The notes under the pieces are model-generated. The model was not told the origin of the DNA, did no database searches, and saw nothing but the letters and a program-made list of their open reading frames with translations. A stretch of 64,000 nucleotides of DNA from Leucoraja erinacea (Eukaryota). A program made the position numbers and the translations under genes. The stretch lies in NCBI RefSeq assembly GCF_028641065.1, contig NC_073389.1, positions 21,824,001 to 21,888,000 on the forward strand, in the 5' to 3' direction. This document shows, piece after piece, positions 1 through 11,652 of the stretch; positions within the stretch are counted from its first letter, which is position 1; each line of letters starts with the position of its first letter.

Positions 1-335
1 GGGGGGGGGGGGGGGGGGGGATAGGCACATGTTTGTACAAAGGCCAGAGATGAAAGGACAGAAGGTGTGAGATAAGGATTGAAGATGTGGGAATTGTGAA
101 GCCAGAGGAAGGATGTTGGTTGAGGGGGAACGGAGAAATGAGTGAGAGTCCATGTGAGGCACAGGGAAGAGTGGAGGGGGAGAAGGGGGAAGAGGAGAAC
201 CTTTGGTTAACTACTTAAAATTGTAGAGTTCAATGCTCATACCATTGGGTTGTAAGCTGCCCAGACGGATTATGAGGTGGTATTCCTCCACTTATTTGCG
301 TGTGGCCTCACTCTGGCACCATAGGAGTCCCAGGA
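1..335 (-). mobile_element. Penelope-like element fragment (GIY-YIG ORF C-terminus plus 3' pLTR-type sequence)
   Basis: Minus strand encodes degenerate ...CQSEATRK..EE.HLIIRLGSLQPNGMSIELYNFK*, resembling the C-terminus of Penelope ORFs. A similar tail (CSLQPSGTTIDISKFK*) recurs on + at about 8287-8337. Confidence 0.65.
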
Positions 336-714
336 CAAATAAAATGGGCACAATGGGACTAGCTTTGATGGGCATATTGGTCAGTATGGAAGAGTTGGGC
401 TGAAGAGCCTGTCTCTGTACTGTGTGGCTCCATGATGAACTATTCATTCACAGAGTGTGCATATTGCTGGTGCTGTCCCCATTTATTTTCTGACTCCAAA
501 TGCCTGTAAAAGAATCAATCACATTGATGGATTTGGAGTCTGGAAACTGTGAAGAATAATAGATGTTCTTCCCTGAAGGGCAGTTGTGAGCCAGATGGGC
601 TTTTACCACATTCTTGTAACATAATGGCAGCCATATTGAGAGGAGGTTTCTCATTCCCGATTAATTTAATTACCTGAATTTGAATTCCCCAATGCTGTGG
701 TTATAATATGAACC

Positions 715-743
715 GTATTGTATTGTATTGTATTGTATTGTAT
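715..743. repeat. (TGTAT)n microsatellite
   Basis: gtattgtattgtattgtattgtattgtat. Confidence 0.9.
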
Positions 744-955
744 CATTTCTTTGGATCATTGGTTCAGGCCTCTGGATACCAATTCAGCAAATTAGTCACC
801 ATGTTACGATAACTAATAACAGTGTTTACTGTATCCTTAAACATATGTAAACGTTTCAATGCGTTGTGCCTCTATCCCTTTCAGAGCTTGTATTAAATAT
901 ACACCTTTTATTTTGAAGGAGTCTCGAATGCGGGATAGCTTTAGGATTGTAATCA

Positions 956-2839
956 TGGATAAAACTATTATATAACAAACCTACGGCTAGAATATTAACT
1001 AATAATATCTTATCCTCGAAATTTGAACTATCAAGGGGCAATAGACAAGGATGCTCATTATCACCGCTGCTATTTGCTTTGATAATTGAACCCCTTGCTG
1101 AAAAAATAAGAACTCATCCGGATATTTATGGTTATAATACAAAATACTCAAAGAATAAAATATCCCTATATGCCGATGATGTACTACTGTACATCACAAA
1201 ACCACAAATTAGTATACCAAACATATTAAACTTAATAGAGGACTTTGGATCCTTTTCAGGATATAGAATAAATTGGAACAAAAGTGAAATTATGTCGATA
1301 AAACCAAAAGACTCAACACAGCTTCGGAAATTTCCCTTTAAAATAGCCACAGAAAAATTCAAATATTTGGGAATTGAAATTACTAGAAATTACCAGGATA
1401 TGTTTAAAGCCAATTATAATCCTTTACTCAAGAAATTGAATAATCTGATTAAATTCTGGAAAACACTTCCGATGTCCTTAATAGGCAGAATAAATGCTAT
1501 TAAAATGGTTTTCTTACCACAAATTCTATACCTATTTCAATCAATACCTATATACCTCCCAAAAAAGTTTTTCAAAAAATTGGACTCAGACATTACAAAT
1601 TTTATATGGGATTATAAATCCCATAGAATACAAATAGCACACCTTAATAAACGAAAAGAGCTGGGGCGTCTAGCGCTCCCTAATTTTATGTATTATAACT
1701 GGGCAGTAAATATTAAAAATATGATTCACCTGCTGGACAATTCTGCACAGCAGGCGGACTGGATGGTAATGGAAAAAGGGGACTGCTCCCCGAGTAATAT
1801 AGGAGCGATCATCCTCTCACCAACAAATTTGAATAATAAAAATTATAATAAAAATCCAATTATACATAACACAATAAGAACATGGAAACAAATAAAACAG
1901 ACTCTAAAATTAAGAAACCTATCTCTTTTAATACCAATAGTCAATAATCCATCGTTTAAACCATCAATCATAGACAAATCATTTATACAATGGGAAAGAA
2001 TGGGAATTAAAACGCTCGAAGATCTGTATGAATTAGGGAATTTACTGTCATTTCAACAACTACAACTGAAATATAATTTGAAAAATAACCAATATTTTAA
2101 ATATCTTCAAATCTGTGATTATTTGAAAAAATACACAAAAGACTATCATAATATGGCTTCCGACTTATTGGATGAAGCAATGAAGACCAAGGCGGAATCA
2201 GCTAATTTAATATCGTACTTATATAACATCATTTTAAACATAGAAATACTCACAACAGATGGAATTAGAAAAGATTGGGAACAAGAATTAGCTATAAAAA
2301 TCTCAAAAGGGACCTGGGATAATCATTTACTACAGGTGCATAAATGTTCGATCAACGTACGGCATACGCTCATCCAATTTAAAACATTACATAGATTATA
2401 TTATTCCAAAACTAAATTAAATAAAATCTTCCCTAATGTTTCACCAATCTGTGATAAATGCCTATGTCAAGAAGCTACCATAGCGCACTCTTTTGTTTTT
2501 TGTACAAAAATCCAAAAATTCTGGTATGAAATATTTGATATTTTTTCAAAATTGATCAAAATAAAACTGGTACCAAAACCAGAATGGATTATCTTCGGAA
2601 TATCGGAAGATAACCCTGAATTAAACGTGTTTCAGAAGAATTTATTTAATTACGGGCTAATAATGGGAAAAAAGCTTATACTTAAATTCTGGAAAAATGC
2701 GCCGACACCAACAATAAAAATGTGGATATCAAATATGTTTGAAACATTACACCTGGAAGAGATGAGATTCCTCCTAGCAGGTAAAGCAGACCAATTTCAA
2801 AAGACGTGGTCTATGTTTCTGGACCTATTACAAGTATGA
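956..2839 (+). CDS. L1-clade ORF2 C-terminal portion (RT domain and Cys/His-rich tail), truncated
   Basis: Motifs RQGCSLSP, LYADD, FKYLGI, GRINAIKM, CDKC...IAHSFVFC. Uninterrupted frame of about 627 codons with no native start. Confidence 0.88.
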   Translation, partial: WIKLLYNKPTARILTNNILSSKFELSRGNRQGCSLSPLLFALIIEPLAEKIRTHPDIYGYNTKYSKNKISLYADDVLLYITKPQISIPNILNLIEDFGSFSGYRINWNKSEIMSIKPKDSTQLRKFPFKIATEKFKYLGIEITRNYQDMFKANYNPLLKKLNNLIKFWKTLPMSLIGRINAIKMVFLPQILYLFQSIPIYLPKKFFKKLDSDITNFIWDYKSHRIQIAHLNKRKELGRLALPNFMYYNWAVNIKNMIHLLDNSAQQADWMVMEKGDCSPSNIGAIILSPTNLNNKNYNKNPIIHNTIRTWKQIKQTLKLRNLSLLIPIVNNPSFKPSIIDKSFIQWERMGIKTLEDLYELGNLLSFQQLQLKYNLKNNQYFKYLQICDYLKKYTKDYHNMASDLLDEAMKTKAESANLISYLYNIILNIEILTTDGIRKDWEQELAIKISKGTWDNHLLQVHKCSINVRHTLIQFKTLHRLYYSKTKLNKIFPNVSPICDKCLCQEATIAHSFVFCTKIQKFWYEIFDIFSKLIKIKLVPKPEWIIFGISEDNPELNVFQKNLFNYGLIMGKKLILKFWKNAPTPTIKMWISNMFETLHLEEMRFLLAGKADQFQKTWSMFLDLLQV

Positions 2840-3248
2840 GGTGCAATAGTAATCTAAAAAAAAACAAATATATAAATAAGCGGAATCAGGACCTGGTAAC
2901 GGGAGGTAAAATAACAAAAACAGACTTGGTTGGTAGTCCCCTCTCTGCGGAGTTTAATGTTATAATAGAGCGATTGTTTCTACTTTCTCCTTCTTTTCTT
3001 TCTAGGGTCTATTTTCTCACTTTACTTCCTTCTCTAACTTCTTTCCTAAGGGGCTTTCTTTTCCTTACACTCTCGCACTGCACGATTTTCTTGCACTTTC
3101 TTTACTTTCCTAACTTCTACTTTTTTTCTTAAAGCTCTAAAAAAAAAAAAAAAAAAATGAAGCGGTATAAAAAATGTATCAAGATATATGTGTTGTGTAG
3201 AATTGTAATTTACCGTACTTCTAATAAAAAAAAAAAAAAAAAAAAAAA
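956..3248 (+). mobile_element. 5'-truncated L1-clade LINE with poly(A) tail and 13-bp TSD
   Basis: TSD aggattgtaatca at 943-955 and 3249-3261. AATAAA at about 3223 runs into poly(A). RT frame is open from 956 (WIKLLYNKP...RQGCSLSPLLF). Confidence 0.93.
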
Positions 3249-3689
3249 AGGATTGTAATCAAGAATAATAGCTCTAGGACTATCGAACTATGTCTTTTAA
3301 AAAATGTCTGTATTAGAACATCTCGACCATTTGCCATAAAGGGTTTGAAAAGATTATTTGGGAAGTAGAGGTTTTGAGGAGAATGTTGTGGAAGGAAAGA
3401 AGCTTTCTTCATCTTTCCATGAATTATTTCTTCAAATACAGTAGCTGGTGGACTTGAGGTTTGGGTTTTCAAGTACACCCTTTACGAGAAGTTTAATGAT
3501 TACTCTCGTGCATAAGGCCGTTAAAAATGTATTTCACTGAGAATTCCAAATCTAGCTTCCCTCATGTATGTGAGAGGGACGTTAAGTCAAATATGTTGTA
3601 GCGTGGAAACCATTGCTAGATGCACATCTGTGTGAGCGTTAGTATGTGTGTAGCTGATATGCACTGAAAATACATTGGTTAGACTGCAC

Positions 3690-3993
3690 AGAGGCAAAAC
3701 GGTAGAGATGCTGCTTCACAGTCTCAAGGAACTGGGATTGATTTTGACCACGGGTGCTGTACGTGGAGAGTTTGGACGTTCTCTCTGTGACCATGTGGAG
3801 TTTCTCCGGGTGCTCCCCCCCCCCCCCCCCCCCTTCCACCCCCACATTCTATAGACGTGCAGGTTCGTAGGTTAATTGGCTTCTGTAAATTGCCCCTAGA
3901 GTGCAGGAGGGATAGTGTGTGTGGGTGATCGATAGTCGGCATGGACTCAATGGGTTGAAGGGCATGTTTCCACACTGCATCTCTAAACTAAAC
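3690..3993 (+). mobile_element. tRNA-derived SINE (HE1-like)
   Basis: Body gggtgctg...gagtttggacgttctc...taggttaattggc...aattgcccctagagtg and tail gggcatgtttcc...tctctaaactaaa are shared with more than 15 copies in the window. Confidence 0.7.
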
Positions 3994-4220
3994 ATTATGC
4001 TACCAATCAGCAAATGGCTCAGATATAATATTTAACGGAACTTCGTAGTCTCCCTTAGCCTTGCACAATAAGATATGATTTAGCACAAACAAGCCATGTT
4101 TAATGATCATTGTCAACTTGCAAGGTACAGTAGCTGCTGATTATTAGCTTTTCTCCTCCTCTTTGGCTGCGGCTGCAATTCTATGCAAGTGATGGCTTTG
4201 TCCAGCCATCTAGATATCCT

Positions 4221-4441
4221 AGACAAAAATGCTGGAGGAACTCAGGCGGGTGAGGCAGCATCTATGGAGCGAAGGACAGGCAACGTTTCAGATCGAAACC
4301 CTTCTTCAGACATCTGAAGGAAGGTTTCGACCCGAAACATTGCCTATTTCCTTTGCTCCATAGATGCTGCCTCACCCGCCTGAGTTTCTCCAGCATTTTT
4401 GTCTACCTTCCCTTTTCCAGCATCTGAAGTTCCTTCTTAAA
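4221..4441. mobile_element. Penelope-type inverted pLTR pair with hammerhead-like cores
   Basis: Inverted arms of about 90 bp. CTGAAG(G/A)A..stem..GAAAC cores on both strands. Flanked by near-direct repeat catctagatat(c/t)ctag (4207-4222, 4442-4457). Confidence 0.7.
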
Positions 4442-4516
4442 CATCTAGATATTCTAGTTGCTCTGTGTATAGAATGCGTTAGTAGACATTCTTCTTCCAA
4501 TACCCAATTATTGGGG

Positions 4517-5157
4517 AAACATAGAAACATAGAAATAGGTGCAGGAGTAGGCCATTCGGCTCTTCGAGCCTGCACCGCCATTCAATATGATCATGGCGGA
4601 TCATCCAACTCAGTATCCCGTACCTGCCTTCTCTCCATACCCTCTGATCCCCTTAGCCACAAGGGCCACATCTAACTCCCTCTTAAATATAGCCAATGAA
4701 CTGGCCTCGACTACCCTCTGTGGCAGAGAGTTCCAGAGATTCACCACTCTCTGTGTGAAAAAAAAGTTCTTCTCATCTCAGTTTTAAAGGATTTCCCCCT
4801 TATCCTTAAACTGTGACCCCTTTGTCCTGGACTTCCCCAACATCGGCAGCAATCTTCCTGCATCTAGCCTGTCCAACCCCTTAAGAATTTTGTAAGTTTC
4901 TATAAGATCCCCTCTCAATCTCCTAAATTCTAGAGAATATAAACCAAGTCTATCCAGTCTTTCTTCATAAGACAGTCCTGACATTCCAGGAATCAGTCTG
5001 GTGAACCTTCTCTGCACTCCCTCTATGGCAATAATGTCCTTCCTCGGATTTGGAGACCAAAATTGTATGCAATACTCCAGGTGTGGTCTCACCAAGACCC
5101 TGTACAACTGCAGTAGAACCTCCCTGCTCCTATACTCAAATCCTTTTGCTATGAAAT
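4517..5157 (-). mobile_element. CR1-clade LINE 3' fragment
   Basis: LYRVLVRPHLEYCIQFWSP and RRLRGDLIETYKI motifs; (CTATGTTT)n tail. Confidence 0.9.
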
Positions 5158-5227
5158 ATGTTGAGAACATACCAAATGAACTGTGTACTGAGTTCCCCAG
5201 AGACAGTTGTGCGCATTCAGCATGACC

Positions 5228-5850
5228 TTTAGACTTTAGAGATGCAGCACGGAAACTGGCCCTCTACCCGAGAGCGGAACTCACTATCAAAACATGGAGG
5301 GGACGGGGACACAATTTTTTGGCGGCCGCGTGCGCATGCGCACACTTACACACGCGCGCGAGGCTTCGGAGGCTCAATCCAGCGCTAAATGCAGCTCAAC
5401 TATGCCTGTCTCACCAGGTTAACCAACAGCCCTGTCTGGACTGACGGGATACCGGTGCTGCTTCTCCGCGCTGGCCATATTTCCCGCAAGCCCAGGCAGG
5501 TTAACCTGGCGGGGATGTCACCCACCTCTCAAAATATGGGGGGGGACGTGTCCCCTCTGGCCCCCCCGGGTTTTCCGCCCCTGACTCTGCCCACCGTGTC
5601 TGCACTGACCAGCGAACACCCCATTCACTAGCACTATCCTACACACTAGGGACAATTTACTATTTTTTTTAACCAATGCCAACTAACCTACAAACTTGTG
5701 CCGTCTTTGGACTGCGGGAGGAAACTGGAGAAAACCCATGTGGTCAGTTAGAACGTACAAACTCCATATAGACAGCACCCTTAGTCAGGATCGAACCCGG
5801 GTCTCTGGCACTGTAAGGCAGCAACTCTACCGTTGCACCACTGAGCTGCG
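5228..5850 (-). mobile_element. HE1-like SINE interrupted by a putative hAT-type MITE (about 5268-5583)
   Basis: SINE tail and body are split by a GC-rich insert ending ttccgcccctg with a degenerate left counterpart. Imperfect 8-bp flanks cctctacc/actctgcc. Confidence 0.55.
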
Positions 5851-6169
5851 ATGTAAGTGCTTTGAGGGTGGATGGGAGATGATAATACTGCAGAAAGCAC
5901 AATCTCCTCTTTTGCTTCTACTTTTCTTTATTGCTTTCCCATGACCTGCATGAAAATGTCAAACCAGCAGGTTGAAATCCATTTCCTTATTCTTGTGCAC
6001 ACTCCCTGGTTAACTAAGCCTAGCAAGTTAGACAGTTTTCTTTGACACTGTTTTTGAAGCTTGCATGCTCCATTTTTTCTATCCTGTTGCATTAATTATT
6101 TTATATATGCTTCACTTTGCCCTTAATTGTTATCAATAGTTACTAAGTCAAAAGTATGTTATGTTGATT

Positions 6170-6560
6170 GAGACACAAGGAGCTGCAAATGCAGGTTTAC
6201 AAAAAAAATGCCAAGTGCTGGAATAACTCAGGCAGGTCTGGCAGCATGTTCAGAGATGTGTGCATTTTCTCAGGGTGTTCCCGTTTCCTCCCACATACCA
6301 AAGACACAGGTTTGTATGTCTCGACCCAAAACATCACCCATTCCTTCTCTCTAGAGATACCGCCTGTCCAGCTGAGTTACTCCAGCATTTTGTGTCTACC
6401 TTCGATTTAAACCAGCATCTGCAGTTCGTTCCTAAACAGGTTTGTAGGTTAATTAGCTTCTCTAAATTGTAAATTGTCCCTAGTGTGTAGGATAGTGTTG
6501 GTGTACGTTGTGATCGCTGATCTCGGTGGGCAGAAGGGCCTGTTTCCACGCTGCGTCTAT
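6170..6560. mobile_element. Interleaved Penelope-type repeat and SINE fragments
   Basis: gctggaataactcaggcagg and gagttactccagcattttg arms nested with SINE body sequence. Confidence 0.55.
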
Positions 6561-7021
6561 CACCTCAATATGACTACAGCTAATATCACCCAAGACACAC
6601 ACACAGAGGGTACTGCTACTGTCGGAGGTCAGTGCACGTGCCTGAGAATCATTACTTCTGTTTCAAGAACAAGTTCTTCCCAATACCTGTTAGATTCTTG
6701 AACCACATTAAACAACCCTAACCACAACCCTACCTCGGTGCCAAATTATTGTGGGCTTTGATTTGTCTATGTACAATGTGTCTTTTCACAAACATGATCT
6801 AGTTTACTCAGAATAACTGAATAACTGACTCCATACTTATTTTTGTTGTTGTTACTGTGCCTAATATGCCCTTGAAGCTGCAGCAAGGAAACATTTCATT
6901 GTTCTGGTTCATATCTGTTGTTCTGGTTTCCTCCCACATCCCAAAGGCGTGTGGGTTTGTAGGTTGTTTGGCCTTCTATAAATTGCCCCTAGTATGTAGG
7001 GAGTGGATGGGAAAATGAGAT

Positions 7022-7390
7022 AACATAGAAACATAGAAAATAGGTGCAGGAGTAGGCCATTCGGCCCTTCAAGCCTGCACCGCCATTCAATATGATCATG
7101 GCTGATCGTCCAACTCAGTATCCTGTACCTGCTTTCTCTCCCTATAGCCACAAGGGCCACATCTAACTACCTCTTAAATATAGCCAATGAGCTGGCCTCA
7201 ACTACCTTCTGTGGCAGAGAATTCCAGAGATCCACCACTCTCTGTGTGAATTTTTTTTTTCTCATCTCGGTCCTAAAAGATTTCCCCCTTATCCTTAAAC
7301 TGTGACCCCTTGTTCTGGACTTCCCCAAAATCGGGAACAATATTCCTGCATCTAGCCTGTCCAACCCATTAAGAATTTTGTATGTTTCTG
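7022..7390 (-). mobile_element. CR1-clade LINE 3' fragment nested in a SINE
   Basis: Nearly identical to 4517-4900 (RTRGHSLRIRG...FTQRVV). Confidence 0.85.
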
Positions 7391-8274
7391 GTATTAACTA
7401 GTAAGAACTAGCATGGACATGCGATGGATGGTTAGCATGGAATCGGTGGGCCGACGAGGCTGTTTGCATATTGTATCTCTAAACTAAATATTAATTTCAT
7501 AACATTGTATATGGTTCAATAGGTGGAGAGATGGCAGAATGTGATTTTTTGTGAAGCTAAACCAACCCAGGGGCAGCACAATGGGGACTGAAACATTTGG
7601 ATATTGGTATTTAATTGTACACCTGCCCGAAGCCAGAGTTTTCTGTATCAATTAAAAATTAATAATAGCAAGCATCGTTAACCTCACTGTAACTGTGCCT
7701 GCAAAATGTGGCCTTTGATCACTGTGATGCACATGCATAAGAAAGGAAATCAATATATGGGCAAATATATTTTCCTAAACAAACCCAGATTAATTCCTCA
7801 AGTTTGCATGCTTTAACTGGTGGTACAGCATTGACGTGCAGCTCAGAATCTCTGATCTAGGGAAAATAGATGTTCTTCTGTCTCTTGGTTGTTATGTAGT
7901 TCTTACTTTTGGAAAGCGCCTTTGTTTTGGGGTTGTGTAAGGACATGGATCGACGCGGCGATCGTGGCTGCTGTTTGAATTGTCCACTGCGATGCATTAT
8001 GTATGTCTGCACATAAAGCCTCAGAGGTTATACTGGGTTAATTAGAACAGCCGGTGTCCATGGAAACGCAACCGTAAAGAAAAATCAGCACAGTTGGGAA
8101 AGATTAGTGAAGGAGAAGCAAATAAAAGAGAAATAAACAGAAAGAGAATGTTAGTAGGGCTGGCAGCTTCCAAGTCACACTGGTATAACTGGGAATTCAC
8201 AAGACCCAATAGTCTGAAGGTGAAAATAAAGTACACACTTTAAAGTGTAAATACTTAGAAAAGAAGCAAAAAAG

Positions 8275-8612
8275 AGATTTTGTTTGTGCAGCTTACAACC
8301 CAGCGGTACAACTATTGATATCTCTAAATTCAAGTAGCTATTGCATTCCCTCTCTCTCCACCCCTGTCCCACCCCAATCATCCTGCTGGTTTCACTGATT
8401 TTTATACCTTAATTGTCACCTCTTTTACAACCAACAATGGACCATAATGGACTCCACCTTCCTTAAGTCATCGGTGCCGGCATTTTCACACCTCTAGTAT
8501 CCCTCTCCCCTGACTCTCAGCCTGAAGAAAGGTCTTGACCAGAAAAGTCACCTATTGCTTTTCTCCAGAGATGCTGCCTGTTCCTCTGAGTTACTCCAGC
8601 ATTTTGTGTCTT
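8275..8612 (+). mobile_element. Penelope-like 3' end with degenerate hammerhead core
   Basis: ORF tail CSLQPSG...FK* followed by ctgaagaaaggtcttgaccagaaaagtcacc (8522-8552) and the common pLTR tail. Confidence 0.65.
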
Positions 8613-9122
8613 CAAATCATCACAGTAGTGTCGGAAATAGAACATGCTGGCACTATTATAGTAAATCAATTTTCTTACATAACGTTATGTTTTTTTCTGA
8701 TTTCTCACATCTAATCCTTGAAATGCATGTCTATTTTGCCAGCATCTGGAAGCAAGGAGAAATATTAATTATATACAATTGGAAATATTCATCTAATGTA
8801 TGTTTCATTACTGTCTTTTTTTAACAATTATGTTGCACGAAACAATCTGAATTCTGTTGCACAGATAACGGAAAATCTGTCAATTCTCTCAGTTAAAACT
8901 GCCAGTGCGATCTGGCAACAAACACTGCAATTAATTGCAGATACAGTATTTGCTGCCAGTGTTGGTCCTCAGGGCACAAACTTCTGGTCTTCACTGAAAG
9001 GGAGATTCACAAAATTCACTAGTTTGGCATGAATTTGGGAGATTGTTCTCGGAGTGAAAATACTATTAAATGGGAAGAATTGGGATCAGTGTAATCAGGA
9101 GAAAATGATATTTTAACAGTTT

Positions 9123-9410
9123 GGGTGGCACAGTGGTGCAGTGGTAAAGGTGCTGCCTCAGCTCCAGAGACATGGGTTTGATCTTGGCTCCGGGTGCTGT
9201 GGGTTTGGAGTTTTTACATTCTCCCTGTGACCACATGGATTCTCCAGGTGCTCCGGTTTCCTCCCGCAGACGTACAGGATTGTATGTTTATTGGCTTCTG
9301 TAAAGTGTAATTTGTTCCCAGTGTGTGTAATGGTGCTAGTATACGGGGTGATCGCTGGTCGGTGGGCCAAGGGGCCTGTTCCCACGCTGTATCTCTAAAG
9401 GCTAAAGTCT
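9123..9410 (+). mobile_element. HE1-like SINE
   Basis: A-box-like gtggtgcagtgg, B-box-like ggtttgatc, family body and tail. Confidence 0.75.
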
Positions 9411-9669
9411 AGAGAATTTGCTTAACAGTGTAGACAATGCCAAATACAGAAAAATTAATATCACAAGAGTAAGGTTTTAGTCATAGCATCAGCAAATGGT
9501 AAACTGTATTAGGAGATTATTTACCCCAAATCAGTGCCGCCTATCTACAAAAGCAACCCAGTTTCCTGGCGAGCGCTGTGCAGCCGTACTGGAGTGACCC
9601 AGCCTTTGCTGTGGATCCAACCAGGACCAGGCTCGGTCGCCGCCACAGAGCCAACCCAGACTCAGCCCG

Positions 9670-9845
9670 TTGGCGAGAGAAAGGGACATCAGAGAGAGAG
9701 AGGGACATTGGCGAGAGGAGAGGGATATCAGAGAGCAAGGGAGGTTGGCAAGAGGATGTTGGAATGAGGAAAGGGATGTCAGAGAGAGAGAGAGAGGGAC
9801 ATTGGCGAGGGGACAGGGACGTTGATGAGGGAAGGGATGTCAGAA
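9670..9845. repeat. Purine-rich imperfect tandem repeat (about 20-nt units gggacat/gggatgt...agag)
   Basis: Repeated gggacatcagagag, gggacattggcgag and gggatgtcagagag units. Confidence 0.6.
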
Positions 9846-10229
9846 CGCCGTTTTCCACGTGAGTCCTGACAGTCGACCGAGGAGGTAAGCAAAGCAAGGA
9901 ATTTCACTGTACCAAAAGTATCACTCATTCAATCAATCAATCAATCTATCTATTCCACCCCACTCTTTCCTAGCCGCATTTCAATGATTATTCATCAAGA
10001 ACTGGTCCAAAACCACATTTTGTGCTGCCTCCAGATGCTGACCACCCGCTGTGTAACAATATATTCTTCCTCCTGAGAGTTCTCATTCCATTGTCAATCA
10101 TTTAGACCTGGATCTCATGGTACTACCAATAAAAAAACATTTCACTCCTACCTTCCTGACTGGACTCCTCATGATACTGAATACCTCTATTACATCCCCC
10201 TCTACTCTTAGCTTAGTCGGCCCAAGAAC

Positions 10230-10512
10230 AGATAGAGATACAATGCAGAAACATCGCGGGCCCGCCAAGTGCACGCCGACCAGCAAGCACCCGTACAATA
10301 GTGCTATCCTACGACAATTTGCAATTTTATCAACCCAATTAACTTACAAACTTATAGTTCTTTATAATGTGGGAGGAAACCGGAGCACCTGGGGGAAACC
10401 CATGTGGACACAGGGAGAATGTACAAACGCCGTACAGACATCACCTATTGTCGAACGCGGGTCTCTGTCGCTGTAAGGCAGCAACTCTACCGCTGTGCCA
10501 CCGTGATGCCCT
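10230..10512 (-). mobile_element. HE1-like SINE
   Basis: Reverse complement of the family consensus ending gcaactctaccgctgtgccaccgtgatgccc. Confidence 0.75.
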
Positions 10513-10675
10513 GTCGTCAATCATAGTTTCTCCAGGCTAACCATGTGACGTGCTAAGAGCAATTTACAGAAGCCAATTAGCCTACTGCACATCTTTGGAA
10601 TGTGGGAGGAAAACCAGAGCACCAGGTGAAAACCCATGTGATCACTGGGAGAATGTACTAATCCATACAGACAGC

Positions 10676-11652
10676 ATAGAAACATAGAAACATAGAAACA
10701 TAGAAAGTAGATGCGAGAGCAGACCACCAGGTCCATCGAGCCCGCACCGCCATTCGCTCATGGCTGAACACTAAACAGACACACTTACCCACAAAACAGT
10801 AGACACAAGACACAGAACACAAGACACTACCCTCCCCTTTATACCGCTATCACCCCTCTCCACCCCAAGAACCTCGTGATCTCCTGGGGGAGGCAAAAAA
10901 CCGGATAAAAACCCAGGTCCAATTCGGGAAAAAAATCCGGGAAATTCCTCTCCGACCCCAATCTAGGCGATCGACACTTGTCCAGGAGATCACTCAGGTC
11001 TTACTATACTAACCATACCTAGGTCCATATCCCTGCCCTCTCCCCGTAGCCCCTTATCCCCTTGGCAGCTAAAAAACCATCTATTTTAGTCTTAAATATA
11101 TTTAAAGTTTCTGCTTCCACTGCTCCCTGGGGCAGTGAATTCCATAAATTAACCACCCTCTGGGTGAAGAAGTTCTTCCTCATCTCAGTTTTAAAAGAGC
11201 CCCCCCTTATTCTGCAACTATGTCCCCTAGTTCTAGTTTCCCCGATCATTGGGAACATCCTCGGGGCATCCACCCGATCAAGGCCCCTCACGATCTTATA
11301 CGTTTCAATGAGATCGCCTCTCATTCTTCTAAACTCCAAAGAGTAGAGTTCCAGCCTACTTAACCTTTCCTCATATGTCAATCCCCTCATTGCAGGAATT
11401 AATCTTGTAAACCTTCGCTGCACTGCCTCCAGGGCTAGTACATCCTTTCTTAAGTATGGACCCCAGAACTGTACACAGTATTCCAAATGTGGTCTCACTA
11501 ATGCTGTGTACAGCTGCAGCAAGACCTCCGTGTTTTTATACTCAATCCCCCTAGCAATAAAGGCCAAAACTCCATTGGCCTTCCTGATTGCTTGCTGCAC
11601 CTGCATACTAACTTTCAGTGATTCATGTACTAATACCCCTAGATCCCTTTGC
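10676..11652 (-). mobile_element. CR1-clade LINE 3' fragment (distinct 3' UTR) inserted in a SINE
   Basis: Open 211-aa frame QRDLGV...RPHLEYCVQFW...RRMRGDLIE; (CTATGTTT)n tail; SINE halves at about 10530-10675 and 11653-11730. Confidence 0.88.

Noticed and set aside
836-3478. Coding exon interrupted by the L1 insertion
   Set aside because: Rejoined flanks give an open minus-strand frame but no recognisable motif or convincing splice sites.
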